A stretch of DNA of 64,000 nt, taken from assembly GCA_010015585.1 (NCBI GenBank), contig ML975157.1, one strand, 5' to 3'. The position numbers and the translations under genes are program-made. Below, in pieces: positions 21,975 to 35,928 of this stretch. The notes below the pieces were generated by a model. It saw only the letters and a program-made list of their open reading frames with translations, did no database searches and was not told where the DNA came from. The DNA comes from Eremomyces bilateralis CBS 781.70. Lineage: Eukaryota. The first letter of the stretch is position 1; each line of letters starts with the position of its first letter.

Positions 21975-24133
21975 ATGTTGAATGCTATTTATGCCCTGCC
22001 AGCGTTCGAGGGTGAGCATGAACCGGGTCTCAAGTTTTTCAGGCGAGACTGCACAATGAGCGTCCGGATGACCGCCGGATTGATCCTTACGAGGATGAGA
22101 ACCGGAAATTCCATGAACCGCCCTCTTTGCTTTGCAATCAAACAAGCCGTAGCAATCCTTACCGATGTGCCGCACCAAACAGCGGGGACTCCTCATACCA
22201 CTTACTTCGAAGCCTTGGCTACGGCGGCTGCAAGAGCGATTCCTCTTCCACGGATTGTGCGCTTGCTATCGCCGGATTGCGGTATCAAAATTGAGCCAGA
22301 GGGGAGTATCAATGATGCAATCATTGCTGCAATATATGCCGGCAATAGCGGCCTTGTAGAGTGCCTTCTAGGGAGATGTCGTACTCTCTCAGCAAAGACT
22401 CAATTCTTCGGAGAATTCCTATCAGCAGCTGCCAGTATAGGTTCCTAAACCCCAGTGCAATCTCTCCTCAAACGACTGAACTCTAGAGATATCCCAGCAC
22501 TCTTACTCGAGCTCCATCGGATGAAATCTTTGGAAGCGGCCGCTGGAAATGGACACGATGATCTTGTATCGGTGTTATTAAGCATGGATGGCTTTGTCAT
22601 CTATCCAAGCTCTCTCTACGACCGAGCAATCAACGCCGCAACTGAAAATGGTCACGGTTCTACATCGCTCCTACTCCTCAAGCATCGACAATCCTTTTCA
22701 ACCTCCCCGGATGAAGAGAATTTTTGGAAACGTCTCCTCCCTTTGGCTACTCGGAGCAACCAAATCCAGATTGTTGACCATGCACTCCGCCGATGTGCCC
22801 TTGTCTCGGACGCTGCCGTCAAAATTTCGGTGGACCTCGCATGCCGCCATGGGTACCATCAGGTTCTGAGGTTTCTCCTGACTTCTAAATCCAACTGCCG
22901 CTACGATAGCGCTTCTTTTGGGCAGGACGCCGTGGAGATAAAGAAGCCTTTGATCTGTTAGCCAATCAAAACTGCGATACAGACGCACCTTTCATCCTAA
23001 ATGCGCTGGCTGGTGCGGAGAGTAGTGGAGACGAGGAAATGCTATCCTACATTTTGAACAAAGCCATCGGCTTATCACCCGGCGACCAGTCGCATGAGTT
23101 TGCGATGGTTAGGTGTCAAAGTCTAAAACTCGCTATCGACCTCTTGGTTTTGAAAAGCTCAGAGCAACGACGGAATAAAGATGACGGCCTTCCCCCACTG
23201 CCGTTACCGCCTCCGAGTAGCAACGGTCCAATCCTTCAATGGGTACCAAACTACCCTTCTCCTCCGGCCCCGTCACGATTCCCTACCCATTTGCATTACC
23301 TGAAGCGGTATATTCGGGAAGGAAATCTGATACAGCTCCACCGGATCTTGAAAAAGACATTGGAAGGGGACCCGAAACATGCGAAGCCCGTGATTTCCAG
23401 CGCCTGCACGTATGCGGCTAAAACGAATCATCCTGGTTTCCTTGCCTACTTGTTGTCACACCAGAATTCCCCGCCCCTCTCAATCCATGCGGAATTGGAG
23501 ATTTGGTGTACGGCCGTTTTTCAAGTCTATCTCGATTTTGGGTGGGACATCGACGAACCCCTTCACAGCACCAAGCCCCCAACTCTTGAGTACGTGACGT
23601 GCACTCTATCATTAAGTCCAGAGTGACTACTAACCTGGAGTAGATATTTTGTTCCGGATGAAGATCTTACAAGATGGTTCCTTGATCATGAGGCTGATCC
23701 CAACGCCGGCTCTGGAGGGAACTCCACCTTAATATCGATGGCAGCGCTGGATGCCCCAGCTTCCACCATTCGGTTTCTAGTTGAACATGGTGGCACACTT
23801 AGTAGAGGCTACCCTTTGCATTTTGCTATGTTCCGCGAGACTCCCGATCTGTTGGAAGTCATTGAGTTGTTGGTTGAACTGGGTGCCCCGATCGACGAAA
23901 TCATGAACGAAGGTGCTCCTGACAACTGGTTTGAGGGCCGGGATCGCCACGCCGAGACACCCTTGCATTTTGCGGTGCACCTGGAAAAGGAGGACATCGT
24001 CACGTACTTTCTCAAAAAGGGGGCGGACTATAACATTCGAAACTCGTCGGGAGAGACGGCGGTCGACATTGCCAAAGGCGCCGTGCTAGAGGAAATCATC
24101 AAGCACTGTGGCTCTAACAAACTTGCGGGCTAA
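21975..24133 (+). pseudogene. Ankyrin-repeat protein gene, disrupted (the 3' part may remain translatable)
   Basis: Ankyrin units AAIYAGNSGLVECLL, AAAGNGHDDLVSVLL, ACRHGYHQVLRFLL and TPLHFAVHLEKEDIVTYFLKKGAD. There is an in-frame TAA at 22446-22448, a frameshift near 22915 into the 23039 frame, and an intron at about 23590-23643. Confidence 0.65.
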
Positions 24134-24190
24134 CATGGGACGACTATTAGGACCAAACACCACTAGATGCAATTTACACGCACTCCAACC

Positions 24191-26704
24191 TCAAGGCGTC
24201 GGCGGCATATCATCCTGCCCGCCTAGTAATCCACCCGTCAGACCTTTCATGCGCCGACCCAGCAAGTCCTCCTCGCTCGCCAAACTCACCAAACTCCGGC
24301 GTTTATTCCTTCCGAGGCTATCATCTCCTCCTCTCCTCCTATTCGCATCCTTCTGCCTCTCCTGGATGCTCTTTCCTACTCCGTTAGGAACTCCATTCGC
24401 TTTCCTCGGCTCTTCCTGAGGAGCCGTCGACCCAGGTCGTCGCACAAAGCTCATCTCAAGAGGGAGGTCGTCCTCTCCTTCGCTCTCGGTTTTCTTACGA
24501 CGGTGATGCCGTCGGTCCCTTTCTTCAGGACTGTCAAAATACCCACTCTGCATATCCGCTTCCTCCCCCATGGCGGGTCCCGGCGTCACCGTCACCATGC
24601 CATCGCCATTGACAAAGTGATGCGGATACGCCGTCGTGCTACACGGCCCCGCTTCACTCTCCCTCGCCCACATCTCGCGGTCGTTCTCCGCGAATAGTTC
24701 CTCCATCCAGTGCGCGCACCGGTGGACGAACTTCCACCCCTCGGGAAAAACCCCGACGAAATTCAGGAATCCGTGCGAAATGCCTGGGATGAGCGTCACG
24801 CGGACGTGCCGGTCCGCCTCGGATCCCATGTCGGGCTTCGTTGGAGGTGGCCGTCCGCGACGAACGCCGTTCGTCAGCTGCGACGAGCTGGCCAGGGCGG
24901 TGAGGCCGAGCTCGCGTCGTTCGCGACCCCAGACCCGACGCGCCTGGCGGACGCGTCCGGCGAAGATGACGGTGTCGTCGACGAGGGGATCGCGCTCGCC
25001 GGTGAGGATGCGTAAAGGGGGAAAATGGCGGAGGAGAGTCTCAGGGGCGAGGACGGGGGAGAGGAGGTAGTCGGTAGAAAAGGAGGGGCGGTTGTGCGGA
25101 CCGATGTAGAGGATGATCATGGCGCGTAGCATCTCGGGTGTGAGGATGCGGTCATTGAAGTATGAAAGGAGAGACGGTGTTGCAACGCGGGTCCGAAGGA
25201 TCCTGTTGGGTTGTGCTTGTATCTCACCAGTACTGGTCTTTATTGTACGGTCGAGTTCGATTGACTGATCTGCTGGTGGTTTTGCCTGGGTATCGGTATT
25301 TGTGCGAGCAGCTGGGAGATGGATGGCTGTTTCGCTCTCCTTAATGCCCGCATCTTCGATTTTGTTGGCCGGTTTCATCTCTAGGTCAGTTTCTGGACCA
25401 TCATCCTCATCGTCGCTAGGAGCTGGCGTGTCTGGCGCAAGCTTCCGATATTCCGAACTTTTGCGTTTTAGAATGCTCTGGTTGGTCTGACGAGACCGGC
25501 GGTCCCTAATTAGAGACATTTGCTCGTCCGTCATCCAATTTCCGACGTTGACATCAAGCGCGGGATAAACGAGGACCACGCCTTCCGGAGGCGGAAGCAC
25601 TTTCTCGCCCAAAAGCCGTCTTGTGTCCGTCGAAGCGGCTTGCAGAATCATCAACACCATACCTGCAGCCAAGTTGCCCCCTGCACTATCGCCGGAGACG
25701 ATAACCCGCGGCACGTCGTCGCCCGACATGCCCACACATCGTCCTCTCGACGTAATCAGTGTATGATACACATCATAGCACTCGTTCAGAGCATAAGGGT
25801 AAGGGTACTCCGGTGCCTTGCGGTAATCAAGACTGAGAACCGCAATGCCCATCTTCCCGGCCCAAGCAATTAGCTTATCATCGTAAGTCCTCGGACTCAT
25901 CGAAACAAAGCCACCCCCTGGGATATCCAGTACAATCTTCGTCTGCCTCTTCAACGCCGAGACGGGTCCATCGAAGTACAGCCACGCGGAAATGGGCTCC
26001 TTGTACACACTTTGCTTCGGCCTCGGGATCCGAATTGCCCTCGGCGGATACCGCGTGAACCGCGGCCGCATCAAGTCGCCCAAAAACTTCAAGTACGGCG
26101 TCTGCGACTTATTCCAGCTTACCCGCAGATGATCCAACGTGAGCGCCCCCCTCACCTTCCGCACCTTCTCGTCCGCCTGCTGCGCGCAGATCAGGTAATA
26201 CACCGAGAAGACCATGGACAGCGAGTCACGGAGCCATTTCCGGCGGATGCGCATCGCGGTCCAGAACCCGGCGTCGAGGGCGGTCGTGACCCATGTTGCG
26301 CGGAAATAGGATCGAGAGTAGAGGTTGGCGAGGGGTTCTGGGGACTCGAGGCCGGCGAGGGGGGCGAGGTTGCGGCAGGTGTAGAGGTAGAGGAGGGTGA
26401 GAACTACGGTTCGGTACGCAGTGATCCGCGGGGTGAGGTAGTTTGAGATACGTCGGATGACCGGTGGTCCGTGGGGTCCGCCTCTGTGAAACGGTCAGCG
26501 CCACTCTTTCGATTCGTAAATATGGTGTCTTGGGACAACCTACTTGTATAGGAAGAGGGACCAGAAGCAGACAGCAGCAAGCACCTCATACTTCCGGTAC
26601 TTTACGGACGGACGACCAAGGACGTGGTCTATTCAGAACGAGGCAGTCAGCGCGTGTCTTTCATTCAGTATTGCAATTCTTTCTATGCTGTACGTACCAA
26701 TCAT
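24191..26704 (-). CDS. Hormone-sensitive-lipase-like alpha/beta hydrolase (Abhydrolase_3), multi-exon
   Basis: Spliced N-terminus MIDHVLGRPSVKYRK. Motifs DIPGGGF, DYRKAPEYPYP, GDSAGGNL, GERDPLVDD and ISHGFL. Confidence 0.88.
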
Positions 26705-27322
26705 ATCCACCTATCTACCGTGCACCGTGCAATGGGTATTAAAGTGCCATACCATTCACAAACCAAACTACTTCATCCCAAACTAACAATAGAAGTCGAC
26801 ATGAACTGTAATATCTCCAGAGCCGGAAACAGCACAAGTGATCGAGGAACGAAGACGGAAGAAGCGGAATTGGAGCAGCTGATCAGGTAAGACATGATGG
26901 AAATTATTCAGGCTGACATGTGAGAAAGTGTCGAGGGGGGGGTCGAGTGTCGAGTGGAGGGGGTAGATTGGTATGAAAGAATGTCTACGGATTGCCATGT
27001 GATTGTTCCAGGTCCTTTGTTTAGACCACGAATCCGGCCAATGACGTCGTACACAAGTGGCGCAGCGTCAGATTTGGTGCCTAAGGTGTTAACGCTGTTG
27101 AACATGGAACATGATGTGGCAGTGCATTGATACGTCGAATTCACCATACCATAGTATCCAGATCAACCCACAAACACTCGATGAATTCGATTGGTTCTGA
27201 TATCGCTAGCTCTGATTCAAGCATACGCTGCCCGTATTATCTCAACCCCAATTTATCCAACAATTTTCTAGTATCGAACAAATACAAGAACTCTCCGAGT
27301 CTATCATCTCGGCACCAACTCA

Positions 27323-30300
27323 CTACCCTCTTTGCGTGCCCACTTCCTCCATCCGTCCCCTAACCTCTCTCAACCAGCCCTCCTGATTGGACACTAGTTC
27401 AGAACCGTGCTCGGAGTCACCCCCACATCCTCCAACACCCGTCTTCCCCTGGTCCAGTCCCTTCATCCCCCTCTTTTCCTCCTCGCTCGCCACCCTCATC
27501 CCCCTCATCCACTCCCCAACCTCAAACCCCACCCTCCTCAACCACTTCTCCTCCACATCTTTCCCCGCCTCCCGCTTCAGCACTACCGTCCTCATCTCTT
27601 CCTTGACCTCGACCCCAATTCCAGGCGTGAGCCCCCCCGCCGCGCCGCCCACTCCACTGGACGATCCCGGCGGCGACGACGCGGCGCCACGGGGCAGATC
27701 CTTGATGTAGACGGTGATGTCTGCACTGGGGACCCCGCGCCAGAGGCTGGCCATCCACTGCCAGTGGTCCGGCGCGGCGTAGGAGTCGCGGATCGGGACG
27801 CGCGTGGCGAAGTGGTCGGATGCGGCGAGTTGGTAGGTCGGGAGCAGGAGGACCGGAATCGGGGGTTTGGTCTCGTGGGGCGGCTGCTGCGCAGTGTCTC
27901 GCTCGGTCGTCTCGTTTCCAATTTCAACTACCCCTTGTCCACTGTCATGCCTCTGCTGTCCCCGCTGCCCTGGGGCATCACCACTTCCTTCGTCAGTGAT
28001 ATCGGGGACGGTGCGATTCACCCAAGTGACCATCTCGTTGACCTTGGAATGCCAATTTTGCACCAAAGTGATATACTCTGCGAGCGACGCACCGCTCTTC
28101 TGACCGTCCGCGGTAGTGCTCCCACGGCGGGCCGCCATGACGGTACCCTCCGCAGCACGCACCTCGAAGTCACCATCGCTGCTGAGGAAGGTCTCCAGCC
28201 ACCGCGTAAGGGCCGCAACAGCTTCGATGTCGTCGCCCTCGATGGCTACAAGAGCACCACGGAACGGCTTGGTGGCAGTAGACCTCAATGAATTATTCTC
28301 TAGCGCGACGCCCTCGGGCTGTAAAGGGGGGGAGAAAACGGACGACGCCGGTTTAATGCTGGCGTGGTCTGGAAACGGCGCTGAAGGAGTAATGTAATGA
28401 AGCATTTTAATTCGGTTCAGGAAATGCATGTTGTTTCGGACCTGATCAGGCGGAGGACGATCGTTGGATGGTGGTACTTTTCCATGAGTGGCATTGCTCG
28501 AGGTGAAGGCCGATGTCTGTAAGGGAGGAAGCGTGAGGCTCTCAGCATCCAGCCCTGTAAGCGGTGCTGTTCGAACCATTGAATGTGCCGGCCCTGCAAC
28601 ACTTCCACGGTTGACGATGGTAAGTGGAGGCGGCAACGATTCGCGCCTACCATTTAAGCCTAGCCCCGGTGAACTGGTGGTGTGCAGGTGCATAGGACCT
28701 GGCCCAGCGGTGGTTCGAGAGGATTGAGGGAACGGGTATGGCGTTCGAATACCAACATCCCCACGAACATAGACCGACTGTCTGTCTCGACGGACATCGT
28801 ACTGGGTGTTGTATCGGCGTCGTTTCGGATCTGGTGAGAGAGGTCCTGGCGGTGGTTCGCTTGGATCGTCAAAGGCGCCATCGTATGTGGAATAACGTGC
28901 AGCAAACCGGGCCGATGGAGCAGGAGGAGGCCCCATTGCATGATGCGGCACGTGGATGGCGGGGAGGTCATGAGCGAGGGTACGCACGCGGCGAGGTGGA
29001 GTGTTCATCTCCGAGCCGGCCGGCGAAGGAGGAGGAAGAGTAGGACGGTTCCCATGTGAGTACGAAGGAGAGTTTAGGGACAGATTTGAAAGCATGGGAG
29101 GGAGTCTGGTGGTTGGAGTATTTAAACTCGGCGTGAGAGGAGTATTTAGCCCTGCAGGGATACGGAAGTGGGCGGATCCTGGAGTGGATAGTCCAGCGGA
29201 TGGCAGGCTGCTGTTTGTCGATGACGACGGAGGTCCGGCGGGAACTAGGGCTCGTTGATTGCCTGCGAAAGGGCTACCTGCTGAAATGATACTTCGCCCG
29301 CCGCACTTGTTGCAGCGGTACTTGTCGCTTGCATTGGTTGACGCGGTGCCAAAGTCTGTGGAACCACGGCGGGTAGCCGCGCGACGAGGTTGGTAGCGAT
29401 AGGTCGGATACTGTTGCTGATGGCGAACTTTCTCTTCCTATCATGGGCCGTCAGCATTGAACTTGGGCCCTGTCAAACGTGGAGCAGATAGATTTGGACC
29501 AGCAATGACTATCGTCAAACTGGTTCTAGGCGATTGGACTTTGTACATACTTCTGCAAGCAACTTCCACTGATTTTTCACTGCTGGGGTTTCTCGTCTCC
29601 ACCGTTCGCCAATTATTTTCGAAATTTCGGGATTTGGTAAACCAGGATACTGCGAGGCGACTGCCCCTTGATGATGTTGGCGATAGAGAATGAAAGCTAT
29701 TAATCCGTTGTCAGCAATTTGAAAGATGCCTCCCAAGGACTCCTGAGGCTCCATGAGAGAGAGAGAGAGAGCGCGAAGTTGTGCATAGAACCAAATGAGT
29801 ACACATCATATGTGAGGGCTTGGAGCGAGAAAGCTCACTGACTACAGACATGACAGATATTTGACTCACCATTTCTGGGTCTGGGGATTTTGGGATCTGG
29901 TTGACAAAGACACACATGGAGTCCAGCTTGTCCGCCACCACTGTCCCCTGAGCTCGCTCTCGTGTGTGTCGGACTGATCTCTTCCATGTCCATTTCGTCC
30001 ACTTCCACCGGCTTGCTTTCCACGGTTCGTTCGAATTCTTCTGCGGCTCGCTTCCTAGTTAAACGAAACGAAGGCGACTGCGATAGGGGGGGCGAGGCAT
30101 TGCTAGACTCTGTTGAGATTGCGTCCCCGCGTCCTCTGGAAGAGCGGGTGGCTATCAATGACCGCGACAACGAAAGTTGGGTAGGTGTCTCGGTCGTATC
30201 GCTGCGGGCGGAATGATTGGATTCGCTCGAATGAGATCGCCGAGACGAGTGTCGAGTGGGAGCGATACTTCCAGGTGAAACTTTGCCAAGAGTGGAAGAG

Positions 30301-30332
30301 TGATGAGAGGAAGTTATTGATCTTGCTGACAT
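27323..30332 (-). CDS. HMG-box transcription factor (MATA_HMG/Rox1-like), 3 exons
   Basis: KIPRPRN|AFILYRQHHQ...NPEISKIIGERWR..E....W..LAE|EEKVRHQQQYPTYRYQPRR, followed by RCNKCGG and a C-terminal region containing DHWQWMASLWRG. Confidence 0.88.
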
Positions 30333-32366
30333 GTTTCGGATCGGGTTTCTGTTTGATTTATCATGAACGGTTGCGTTTGAAGGACGTATATCCGCAATTT
30401 GCCGGAGAAATGGCTCTCATTTCCCCAATATCTATTGTCTTAGTGAAGTGGAAAGGGGGTTTAACCAACGACCTGTCCTGCGGGTTCCGTTTGGTTTTTG
30501 CAGCTCCGCAGGAATGTCGATGTTGAATTGGCTTGCTTCGTATACACTCGATCGCAACGATCGCAGGTAGAAAATAATGAGTTTGAGTCCTGTAAAAGAA
30601 CTTTCATTGACCTATTATGTTCTTTGAGCCTTCTTGAATGGCTTTGACTCCGTGGTCGACCAATATCAATAGGACGAGGCGCAATGACAGAGCGGCGAGG
30701 ATAGCGGAGCCATCCTTTAAGAGGTTGCCTTTGTTCCTATTATGCCACGCATCGCCGAACGGTCCTCATGTTGGGAGAGCAACAAGTAAGTATGATCGCC
30801 TTGCTTTGTCCCTTGCAAGAAAGAAGCCCACCTAATCGTTCCAAACATCGGCGTGGGATAAATGGCTGAGTCGTGTATGCAATTGTACCGCTGGACGTGG
30901 GAAGTAATTGTCCGGCATAAAACCGGGATGAGCGGGCCTATGGACGATGTACGACGGAAATTTCTTTGTTCGAACAGACGGGTGGCGGGTGCAGAAATAG
31001 CAGTCAGTGGAGGTCGTGAGACATTCTTTCTGTTCCCCCCAACGGACAGGCGGGCGACGCAAGGGACCAAAGATTGAGAGGAAATGCGAAGGAATGCAAG
31101 TTTCGATTGACCACGACGAATGGGTATGCGGAACAAGGACAAAGAGAACAAACGGAAGACTTGGTCATGGCTCCTCGGGACCTAGATTTTGACTAATTAC
31201 CAAAATGCGAGCATCTCGCGGGACCGGTGGAGAGGAAATTTGAAAGAGGGGAGCAGGAGTACGGTGCTTGATCTGCGCTATTGTTAAATCGTGCCGCTAT
31301 TGCAGCCCGAAATGGCCATCTACCGGCACACCAAGTTGCCAGAGATCTAGCTGTACAACGAATGGCCTCATCGGGGAAGAAACGTCTGGGACGTCCCCCC
31401 AGAGCTAGACAAGGTAGAGACCGTTTGGACGATCCACGGTCCGGCTCTCTCACCGCAAGTTACGATCTTTTGGCGCTGCAGCCATCCGAATGTCCCAGGC
31501 ATCTGGTAGATGAGGGTTTCGCGACAGCTGCAATTCGAAACGGGGACGATCAACACATTGCAGTCCAGATGCTTCCCGCTGGCCAGGTTGACATGCCGAT
31601 GACGTGCATTAGCCTATGACGGACCTGGAGGCCGACGAGCCACGGCCATTCGGTAGACAAGACCGAGCTCGTTCACTCCATAATGTGTCAGGTAAGGGTG
31701 CACGGCAGTCAGATGCAACATGATTGATGCAACACATAAAGAACATTGTACGAGCTTGATCTGAAGATTTGCATTTCCTGTTCATCGATCTGTCAAGCGG
31801 TAACAAGGGGGATGGGTACACTGTTTTTCATACCCGCAGAGGAAGTAGGGGAGATGTCCTCAATAACAATAATTGTATCATGTAGGTGGTACGGAATACA
31901 GTGTTAATAATAGATGAAGCATTATTGGAATGACAGGAAGGGATGGAGGGGAAGGAAGATGGATTATGTAAGCTTCCCAGCCACAAGCCTACAGCCCGTC
32001 TTGAGTCAGTCGCAGCTTTGCATTCCAGTCAAAACAACCGCCAAAATAACGGAAGTGGCTGCCTTAGTTACATATACATAGTCCCTGCCATTTAGGTAGA
32101 GATCTGCAGCTCAGCACTGATCGGAATATCGAATCGGTCCATTCCACAAATTACCTCATTCACATTTTCGACTGCATCAGGAAACAGCTCCCAGACTTTT
32201 GCTAATTTAATTAGTACTGCATTGGTTAAGGGCATCTCCAAGTATCGCCCAAACGAGACTGTGCTCTAGGTATATAGTTGCATTGGATGATATTCATTAC
32301 ACTACTTATCCTACTAACTTTGCTAGATATATGAACGTTGAATAGAAGTGTCCCAGGCGAACGGGA

Positions 32367-34139
32367 TCAGAGGATTGAATCGAACTCGGGGTTAACCCAA
32401 TTTGGTGCTCCGCTTGCCCTCCTAAGCTTCGATCCGAAGAAATGTACTCCGGCGAACAGTGGGATGCAGCCAAAGAAAGTGATGATGCCCTGAGCTGCGA
32501 AGGTCCATGTGTACCCACTCGCGTCGATCCACGGAGCGATGAAGAAAGGATTGATGAAGGCGCTCAAGTTAAGGAGGACGGAATAGAACGTGATGATGGC
32601 CATCGATTGCAGAGGATAGCAGTCGACGATGTACGCCGCCGTTACGGTGTTGCCGATTTGAATGCCAGCGGCGAACAGGAAGAAGGCAACCTGGCCGACC
32701 ATCCAGTGATACCCTCTGTCGATCGAGACTCCCCAGAGGATGAGACCAGCTTTCAAAAATATTAGGACACGATGACTGATGCAAGAGCTTGGGGACGAAA
32801 CTTACTGGAGCTGCTCAAGATGGCAGGATACACCAACCACAACCTCATCTCCGGAACTCGAACACCACCTTGCTTCTTTGCGAGCCTCAGAATTATCTTG
32901 TCGCTCAAGGTGCCGGAAAAGAAGATCTCGCCGACCAAGGTTCCGAGGATCAACCCGATGAAAAGTAGTCCCTGAATGTGCGGCTTGTAGTCTGGGTACG
33001 CGAACGGGATGAAGGTGATGACACTCAGGACCCACCAGTACCACACGTAGCAGAACGCGACGACGGTGATCGTGACTGGCAGATATTTCCAGGTGAGACA
33101 GAATCGGACCGCGCTGTCCCAAGGTGTGGGGTGCTTCATTCCCGGGACCGGCGTTATGTTGATGAACGGCAATGCCGTCGTCCTCTTCAGGTCGACCTCG
33201 TTCGCGACACTGTTCTTCCTCTCGATCTTCTCCATGTCCACCATGGCCCCCACGGCTTCGCTATCTACCTCGATCGTTTCGGGGCCCGTTTCCGTGTATG
33301 GCATCTGGATCAACATTTGGTTTCGCGGATACAGCGTCTCGGTCAGGAAGAAGACTTCTGCGATGAGAAGCACTCCCAAAAGAATTGCCGTGAGCCACTG
33401 GACCCACGCTTGGCCAGCCATAGCAGCGAAACCACCGATCAGCGGACCGACAAGGAGGCCCATGTCGATGGCCAACACCCACAGCCCGACCTTCTGGCCG
33501 CGTTCGTATTCGAAATACATATCGTTGATGATCGCGAGTCCAACCGTGGCGCCCGGTGATGTTCCCAATCCCTGGAAAAATCGTGCAGCCATGTATCCGC
33601 CGTAGTTGGGAGCGAGGCCCGCCCCAATTGTGGCAGCCAAGGCCACGACGGTGCCGATGATGAAGATGATACGACGACCGAATATGTCCGCAAGAGAAGA
33701 CCACAGGAGAGGGCCGGCTGCAAGACCTAGCGCGGGAATGGCTACGGTCCAGTTAAGCTGCTCATCAGTAATGTTGTAGAGCTCCTGGATTTCGAGGAAC
33801 GCTGGGACGGTGGTGGTGGTCACATATGTGAACATGAAATACCTGGTGAGTCCATATTAGGTTGATGGTTTACAGAGGAAGATGGGTCGAGACTTACAGT
33901 CCCATTACAATGGCAACAATGCGACCCTTCTTCCACTTCGACCAGTTCAAGGGATCCAGAGGATCACTCGTCGGCTGGGGATGCAGACGTATCCCATCTC
34001 TCATGATGGTAGGGATGGAAGACCCGACCACGATGTCGCCATGCTTTTCCAAGTCTAAGGCCTTCTTCTCTTCGGTCGTTTCAACTGCGCTCGACCGAGC
34101 GGGTATCTTTTCGTTCTGGTTAGGCTGCTCACTCGCCAT
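32367..34139 (-). CDS. MFS transporter (DHA1/HOL1-like), 3 exons
   Basis: PQPTSDPLDPLNWSKWKK, LADIFGRR, ARFFQGLG, DMYFEYERG, PEMRL and AYIVDCYP, with multiple hydrophobic segments. Confidence 0.9.
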
Positions 34140-35928
34140 TTTGTCGTTGTTTTTCCTCGTCAAAAGAGAAAGGTTCTAGTCAGAATTGGTCCGGGGCGCA
34201 CGTTGTCGACCAGGGGGAAATGTTTTGAAGAACAGGACAATTGATGGAGGAACACGAAAGAAAACAGATGCGAAGTGGGCATAGAGACACAAGGTTGGCA
34301 ATTAATATCCTCCTATGTGGATGGAAATCAATTCTCACAGGCTGTAAGTGGAAAGTCGACCGATGGCTTGAATTCACCTCTAGCAATTCGTGACCAAAGA
34401 GCAGAGATCGTATTATGGGTTCTAAACATCCAGAAAAGAGCAATCGAGGGACGTGTCGGCCACGGCAATGTGCATCGTATGAATATAGGAAACGCAAATG
34501 GCGATGCTCGCTGCACGTCACATCGGTTTCATCACATCGGTTTCACGGCATGAACCACTGCTCGGGTGGGGGTATCATCTTCTCACTACCATTCAGTTTA
34601 CTTATAGCGCCACATCCCTCTATGTTTAATGCTGAATGGAGGAATCATTAGCGTCAGACGCCTCGATCATACGTTCTATGGGTTGAGGATGACTCCTTAT
34701 CTTCAAAGCTGATGTTATCGTAGTTGGGATGCCATTCATTCTGATAATGGTCCAGGATCATTGTCCAGGGTTATCCGCTGGGGTCATTGTTTAGGGTCAT
34801 AGAACCCAACGTCCATGGCCCTGTAAGGAAAAGCCACGCGATATCCTTATCATCAATCTTCCATTCCCAATGCTTTTACCCGAGCATACTGCGAGTGGAC
34901 TAGCCGATTGCAATCACCAAGTATTACCAGAAAGTAACAGTCCAGTTGAGTGCGTCCAGGGCACCGCATGGCGATGATTGATCCAGAAACCAAGCCACAG
35001 GATCAATACAGCTGTTCCAACATTCTGGTTTGATCCCTCCACCCACTCGCTCGGTTCCTATTCCCTGCATTAAAAAAAAACAAATCAATTTCGCCGATTC
35101 GTATGATTGAGAGTCTCAACCCAAAATCAACCGCGTGCGAGATATAGCTTTCCCTCCACAACATATGGATTCGGAACTGCAGCTTCGTTCCATCTCTTGC
35201 ATACGGTAAATACCTGATCTACAGACCACGGATCGAAAGTTGAAGTTGTTGTTACGGATAGGTTGATGTCAATTCAGGGGCCACCAATGGAGTGGTCGTG
35301 ATAAGACCCACTAAGGCCCCTTCTGCATTAGCCAATCATCGTGCCGAGATACCAGGCATACGCCATAAGTAGCGTAATGTGCTGCTAAGCCTCACGCTAG
35401 CCCTTAGCTTACTAAACTTCGCCATGGCTTAAATCTCTGGCCTGGATTAACGCTCTATCTTCACATTTTATGCACCAACGTCCGACTATCGGAGTATGGC
35501 GGGGACCTCATCATCCCACTCTCCATGATTCGGCCGAGCAAAACGGAATGGTTCTAGGATGGGTCAACGGATAATGGACGACGCAGGCGATCCGAACAGC
35601 GAGGACGCCGCGGACGCTGTGGATCGTGGGCGGCTGCTGAGCTACGAGAGCTTCGTCTCGAATCCGGCTTGCCACAGACTCGTAGTCCATAATGGATAGT
35701 TTGCTATGCATACCTAAGGTAATGATGACTGAGCTATGGTACCTTATTTATTGTTCCTTTGACTATCCACCACAAGTCTTCGAAGCTATGTCATACCTCT
35801 AATTCGCAAGTCCTGTTTGCTGCATCTTTTCGAGAATTCCTATTTGCAGTACCGTTCCTCCCGCCGCATCTCAGTCGGTTCTAATCATTTTAAAGTCTCA
35901 ATTGACCCCGGTTGCTTCGTTGCTCGCC

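Noticed and set aside
27323..30332. HMG-box gene as a mating-type (MAT1-2-1) locus
   Set aside because: The protein is far longer, with Rox1-like architecture, and APN2/SLA2-type flanking genes are absent.
2268..33605. Long antisense or alternate-frame ORFs (e.g. 2268-2990, 18625-19401, 27407-28291, 32978-33559)
   Set aside because: These are shadows of GC-rich real genes on the opposite strand, with no independent motifs.
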